This document shows, piece after piece, positions 59,799 to 64,000 of a stretch of 64,000 nucleotides of DNA (within the stretch, counting starts at the first letter, position 1; every line of letters starts with the position of its first letter). Both the position numbers and the translations under genes were made by a program. Where the stretch lies: the NCBI GenBank assembly GCA_963833105.1, contig CAWHWU010000033.1:29030-93029 (forward strand). Direction: 5' to 3'. A model generated the notes under the pieces. That model was not told where the DNA came from, did not search any database, and saw only the letters and a list, made by a program, of their open reading frames with translations. This DNA is from an uncultured Planctomycetaceae bacterium (GTDB lineage: Bacteria > Planctomycetota > Planctomycetia > Planctomycetales > Planctomycetaceae).

Positions 59799-60830
59799 TC
59801 ACGGCAATGTGGCAACAGAAATCGGCACGTTGACACGCTGTTGACCGTCGTCGCCGATTACGACGTCCGAACGGATTGTGTCACTCGACGGATGGCTCAC
59901 GATCTCGGCGTCCAAAACGTATCGAGGGATGCCGCTGGTGTCGGACGGCTTCTGCAGGACGCATATTAACCAGGATGGTTTCTTGAGAATGGACAGATGA
60001 TCGTTTGGCTTACGCGCGTACAGAACGATTTGCCTCTTTTTGCCAACGAGTTCGCGGCTGGTCATCGCACTGAAAAAAAGCGTCTGATCAGTCCAGACCG
60101 AGTCATGCACGCGCACTTCGATTGGCAACAGAAGATGATATTTTTCCGTTCCCTGAACTGCGTCAATTGCGCACACACCCCGTAAAACACAATGATGCTG
60201 AGGCGCACGACAACGAAACACGAGTGGTGTTTCGCCCACAATGGTTCTCTCATTCTGGACCAGAAATACGCCATGCTTGGCAACTGGATTTGTGCTTAAC
60301 GGAATCACCTCGAAAGACGGATCGGAACATGCCACTGAGTCAACGGCCAAACTATACGCGGAGTTGCCACCCGCATAGCCGAGCGTCACCCGGCGCTTGA
60401 CAAGCTCTCCGGGTCGTGCATCCCACACAACAATGCGCGTGGGTGCCAAAGTGGGTCCCGATTTGCCAAACCAGGATAAATACAGTTCATGCGGGCTCGC
60501 CTTGTCATTGGCCGCGATTACAAGTTTTGACGAGTGCGGCCCCACGGCAATTGGAACGTCGATCACGATGTTGCTCGTTTGTCCAGCACCGATGGCTGGC
60601 GGAATATGTGCGATTTGACACGAACAGGATGTCGCGACGCTATAAAGTACCAACGGCCCCGTTCCGGCATTCCTCACAGGCAGCTCAAGTGAGTGGGAAC
60701 GAGCCGGCGGCAGGACGCCAAAATCAATGGTCGACGAATCGACCTCAAAACGTGGCGGTTGTTTGGCGTTGCAACCGGCACCGAGGAACCATAGCAGACA
60801 AATGCTAACTCTCAGCGGCACGCTCTTCAT
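59799..60830 (-). CDS. DUF1573 domain lipoprotein
   Basis: Lipobox MKSVPLRVSICLLWFLGAGC. DUF1573 unit IDFGVLPPARSHSLELPVRNAGTGPLVLYSVATSCSC. Codon usage is visibly lower in GC than the rest of the window. Confidence 0.75.
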   Translation of the reverse strand: MKSVPLRVSICLLWFLGAGCNAKQPPRFEVDSSTIDFGVLPPARSHSLELPVRNAGTGPLVLYSVATSCSCQIAHIPPAIGAGQTSNIVIDVPIAVGPHSSKLVIAANDKASPHELYLSWFGKSGPTLAPTRIVVWDARPGELVKRRVTLGYAGGNSAYSLAVDSVACSDPSFEVIPLSTNPVAKHGVFLVQNERTIVGETPLVFRCRAPQHHCVLRGVCAIDAVQGTEKYHLLLPIEVRVHDSVWTDQTLFFSAMTSRELVGKKRQIVLYARKPNDHLSILKKPSWLICVLQKPSDTSGIPRYVLDAEIVSHPSSDTIRSDVVIGDDGQQRVNVPISVATLP

Positions 60831-60899
60831 GCGTGTGACTCCGTGACTCCTTGCGCCTTCGGTTTCGAGGACCAAGCGCGACAACCAGGGCCAATCCAC

Positions 60900-61490
60900 T
60901 TATGCAAAGGGCATCCACATGAGCGGCTCGTTCCAATAGACGTTGCGGCGGTGTCCCAAGGTTCTGCACATCGAGTCCGCGCGCTCTTTTGACTTTGCCA
61001 CACAAAGGACGTTCCCAGTCCATTGGCGGTTTAATCGCTCGACATCTATCGAGAAAGGCAACAATGGTGGATCCAGGATAACTGGTTGCCCTGTTTTGGT
61101 GAGGCCCAATAGCAAAATGAAGTGCCCGCTATCACGTGCGCCCTCAAGCTGCTGCAAATGCAAGATTGCCGGCACCGGCACGCACGCCAATTCATCGCTT
61201 CCTATCTTAGCTGCGACGGGAAAGAGGCCAAGTTTGCGTGCACCTACTTCGATATCGAAAAATGAATTCTGCCCTTCTTTGCCGGGTGCAAGAAGAGATC
61301 GCACCTGATCGAAACTTACATCGACTCTCTGAAGTTTGCAAAGAGTGAATAGGCACGTCACTCCGCACGCCAGGTATTCCGCGGGATCGACACGAGTCTG
61401 GCGACTTTTATCGGGATGTGGCTGTGCGCGAGTTACCGCATTGCCGGATGCCGCTAAAATAAGCAGAGCTGTCAAAGCTGATAGCATCAT
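60900..61490 (-). CDS. secreted peptidase C39-like (papain-fold) domain protein
   Basis: Signal peptide MMLSALTALLILAASGNAVTRA. Catalytic-Cys context EYLACGVTCLFTLCKL. His context DSGHFILLLG...VILDP. The spacing fits C39. Confidence 0.65.
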   Translation of the reverse strand: MMLSALTALLILAASGNAVTRAQPHPDKSRQTRVDPAEYLACGVTCLFTLCKLQRVDVSFDQVRSLLAPGKEGQNSFFDIEVGARKLGLFPVAAKIGSDELACVPVPAILHLQQLEGARDSGHFILLLGLTKTGQPVILDPPLLPFSIDVERLNRQWTGNVLCVAKSKERADSMCRTLGHRRNVYWNEPLMWMPFA

Positions 61491-61526
61491 GTTGCCCCCA
61501 AAGGATATCTGTTCAGTCGTTGACCA

Positions 61527-62745
61527 TCATGATTGCCGCTCTCTCAACCAGCGTCTTAGTGCGACTGAGAGGACCAGAAGCGCCAGTACCGCGACGTTAA
61601 CCCACAGGAAGAGTCGTCGCGGGCTTTCAACCAGACTGGGAACTGCAGCGTTCCTCACCGTGGGGTTATGCTGCTTCAGCGCATCTACTGACGTTAGCCC
61701 TTTCCTGGCCAGCGCATCCAAGTACGCTTCCTGCGACTCGGCTCCAACTCGATAGGTCACATTTTGAATCTCATCTCGCACCAGCGTACCTACAGGCAAC
61801 TTGAAGCTAAATAACGTGTCGTCGACAGGTTCATTAAAATGCGAAGCGGCTCGATCCACTTCAATTAGTGTGGCCCCGAGCTCTTGTCCATAAAACGGGG
61901 AATTCTTGTCCATCCAAAACAACGCCACCCTCCGCGCGGATAGGCACCCAGATTCCTGGTACAATCTCTGCCAACTCGATCTTCGTGCGCTCCAAAGGCA
62001 TCGATGGATTGCGGTGGGTAAAGGCCTCAATCTCAACTGGCATAAAGCCCTTATTGGGATCTAAGGTAAGCCGAACTCCGATGTTCGAGCAGCGTGCACG
62101 GCTTTTTGGATCCGGTTGAGCACTTAACACAATGTACTGGCCCTTTCGGTCAACAGCCTTCACGGATCGACCGCGGATTAGATCAACATAAGAAAGGTCC
62201 CCATCAAGATTGCGATACGCGTTCACGTAGGCGGCGGCGAATGGGCTAGGATTAGTTCTTGCGTAGGATCGTAGTCGTGCGTCAGCTCGCTGTCGGTTAT
62301 ACACAGTCTCGCTTGCTCCATCCCAGATGATTACGGAGCCCTTGCTGATTGAGCCGGTAATCGTTTCTACAACGTCGATGCGAAACTTGCCATGTGAATA
62401 GACCTGTCGGGTCCTCGCTGTATGTGCCGGAATAGGTTGTCCTCCGGGCGCGTCGACTCGAAAATACGGCGTCGACGTACTCGCGGGCTTGCTATTCGCA
62501 GCTAGCGTAGCGCCGTGGTGATCAGAACCACCACCACCAATGTATCCCCAACGCTCCTGTTTGACACTGATATCAAACGCATTAATCGATTCACAAGCCC
62601 GTTCGTACGCCGAGAGCACAGAGTCAACGGTAATCCCAGCTGGTGACGCTGCCGGTGCGGCCATGGTCTTCGATTGACCAGTGTGAAGCCCGATTCCAAT
62701 CATGATTCCTGCCAGGACGCATCCGGCAACCCGCAGTTCCTTCAT
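61527..62745 (-). CDS. hypothetical exported protein (LolA-like fold suspected) with a C-terminal TM anchor; frameshift about 61920
   Basis: N-terminal signal/TM MKELRVAGCVLAGIMIGIGL. ORF 61861..62745 joins ORF 61527..62036 at ...PIRAEGG(VV)/FWMDKNSPFYGQELG.... The C-terminus is SPRRLFLWVNVAVLALLVLSVALRRWLRERQS. GGGAG lies 7 nt before the ATG. Confidence 0.55.
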
Positions 62746-63019
62746 TTGTCGTGCTCCCTAGAACGTCGAGCGGAACATTTCAACTGTACTTTCTGCCGTG
62801 CCCGACAGGTCGACAGTAAGGCCTCCGAAGTTCACCGCAGGTGATCTCGGCGGCGCCTTCTCATTTATCGTGCGAAGAGAGCTGCGTTTCTGCGCGGTTT
62901 TCAACGAAATAGCAATCGGATACCTCGGCACAACCTCAATCGCGTTAGGCTCCACCTGTCGCTCCCGCCGCGATTTAGGCTCACGGACGTATCAAGGAGC
63001 CCTTTTGTGCCGCTCCAAC

Positions 63020-63241
63020 CTAGTTTTTAGGACAGCAAGCAGTATTGACATTCGACACGGTGAATTGGGTACAACCTTGCCCACAAGCCCATGGCGTCCC
63101 GCCGAAGCAGTAACATCCTTTGCCGCCGAGCCCCGCAGCGGTACAAGCACCGCCGGAATGCTTTACGCCACAACCGCAGCTGGTGGTGTTTTGCGTCAGA
63201 CCGCATTGGTATTGGCCACCGCAGCCACACACGGTTTGCAC
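63020..63241 (-). CDS. Cys/Gly-rich small protein (73 aa; 12 Cys, 16 Gly), possibly 5'-truncated by the adjacent IS
   Basis: (V/M)QTVCGCGGQYQCGLTQNTTSCGCGVKHSGGACTAAGLGGKGCYCFGGTPWACGQGCTQFTVSNVNTACCPKN. The GTG start lies 12 nt from the IS end, and the frame is open into the IS. Confidence 0.4.
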   Translation of the reverse strand: MQTVCGCGGQYQCGLTQNTTSCGCGVKHSGGACTAAGLGGKGCYCFGGTPWACGQGCTQFTVSNVNTACCPKN

Positions 63242-63253
63242 AAACGATTCGCT

Positions 63254-64000
63254 GGGTACGGTCCCTGCATGGCTGAGGTTTATGCTGCGTTTTGCAGGGT
63301 TTCATGGGATATGTGGACGCGGGCCTGGATTGGATGGGTACTGCGTGGCGTGAGGGTGCGGGCGTAGACTTCGGTCCAGACGCCGCTCAGGACCAGCATG
63401 CGGAGGTTGAGGACGACCTGGAGTCCGTGACGTTTCCAGCGCATTCCAGAGAGCTTGACCCGTTGCGTGAAGAGTGTCTTGCAGGCGGCCTCGGTCACGC
63501 CGCTGCCGATGGGCAGCCCCGCGTCACGGAACGCGTGATACCGCATCCAGACGCTGCGTCGCCGCAGGTACGAGCAGGCCGTTTCGTATGCGGCAGCCTG
63601 GGTTTTGTTCTTCGTTCCGGACCGAGATTCCAACGCCGCGGCCGAGTGCAGGATCCGGTGGACGGCGTTCGGTTCTTGTTTCAGCACCCGGCGCATGCGG
63701 CGCGCCCAGGCTGTCGCAGAGGCCTCGTCCAGGTTCAGGGATTCGGCGATTGTCGTCAGCCGCGAGGCCGCATGGTAGTAGTCCACCACCCGCTGCCACC
63801 TCAGACGCGTCTTCGTCACCGGGTGTCGCATGCGGCACAGGCGTTTGGTGTAGAACGCTTCTTCCTGATCGCCCGCATCGCTGATATACGCCAGTTGCGG
63901 GAGCGGGTCGGTCCACTGCCGCAGGATCTCCTGCAGCAGAGCCAGCAGTTCCTCGGTCATCGTCTGCTGGCCGAGTTCCGGAGCGAAGCCCAGCGACACG
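63254..64000 (-). mobile_element. ISKra4-family insertion sequence, copy 2 (cut by the window end)
   Basis: It is identical in every comparable ORF translation to 57953-58699. ORFs 57979, 58173 and 58223 reappear at exactly +5301. Confidence 0.85.
63280..64000 (-). CDS. ISKra4-family transposase, C-terminal part (the 5' end lies outside the window)
   Basis: The 239 aa are identical to the C-terminal 239 aa of the 57979..59538 product. Confidence 0.8.
   Translation of the reverse strand, partial: VSLGFAPELGQQTMTEELLALLQEILRQWTDPLPQLAYISDAGDQEEAFYTKRLCRMRHPVTKTRLRWQRVVDYYHAASRLTTIAESLNLDEASATAWARRMRRVLKQEPNAVHRILHSAAALESRSGTKNKTQAAAYETACSYLRRRSVWMRYHAFRDAGLPIGSGVTEAACKTLFTQRVKLSGMRWKRHGLQVVLNLRMLVLSGVWTEVYARTLTPRSTHPIQARVHISHETLQNAA

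Noticed and set aside
1-64000. tRNA, rRNA, tmRNA, RNase P and SRP RNA genes.
   Set aside because: I scanned by eye for T-loop-like GGTTCGA(A/T)TCC and its complement, and for the conserved cores of the other RNAs, and found nothing convincing. A visual scan cannot exclude them. tRNAscan or Infernal would be decisive.

Overview
A high-GC chromosomal segment, visibly over 60% G+C. It carries clear Planctomycetota signatures: a PSCyt/DUF1549/DUF1553 protein, three DUF1559 prepilin-type paralogues, two DUF1573 proteins and a Ser/Thr kinase fused to WD40 repeats.

Most of the window is housekeeping. Recognised genes are sufE-sufS, folK, infA, rnhA, mnmE, epmA, serA, uvrC, lpxB, rseP and dxr. There are also ABC transporters, a PanF-like symporter and several PLP or NAD enzymes.

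Three things stand out.
- **Frameshifts.** About 25 frameshifts, nearly all at short G/C homopolymers, split otherwise intact genes. This looks like uncorrected homopolymer sequencing error. Many ORF-track entries therefore have to be merged into one gene.
- **Mobile-DNA hotspot (30.25-38.7 kb).** It holds a tandem MITE pair, two copies of a 300-bp nested-palindrome element, an IS701-family IS and an ISH3-like IS. It also holds a dehydrogenase 3' remnant and a leucine-rich-repeat (LRR) gene bracketed by the two halves of a hairpin. The insertions sit in GGATGAAGG-type repeat tracts.
- **Low-GC cassette (about 59.75-63.25 kb).** It lies between two identical, directly oriented ISKra4-family copies. 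One minus-strand operon carries a Cys/Gly-rich small ORF, a LolA-like protein with a C-terminal anchor, a secreted C39-like peptidase and a DUF1573 lipoprotein. The unit appears to have inserted into a TPR-like gene.

I recognised no rRNA, tRNA or CRISPR array. All function calls come from motif recognition by eye. No searches were run.
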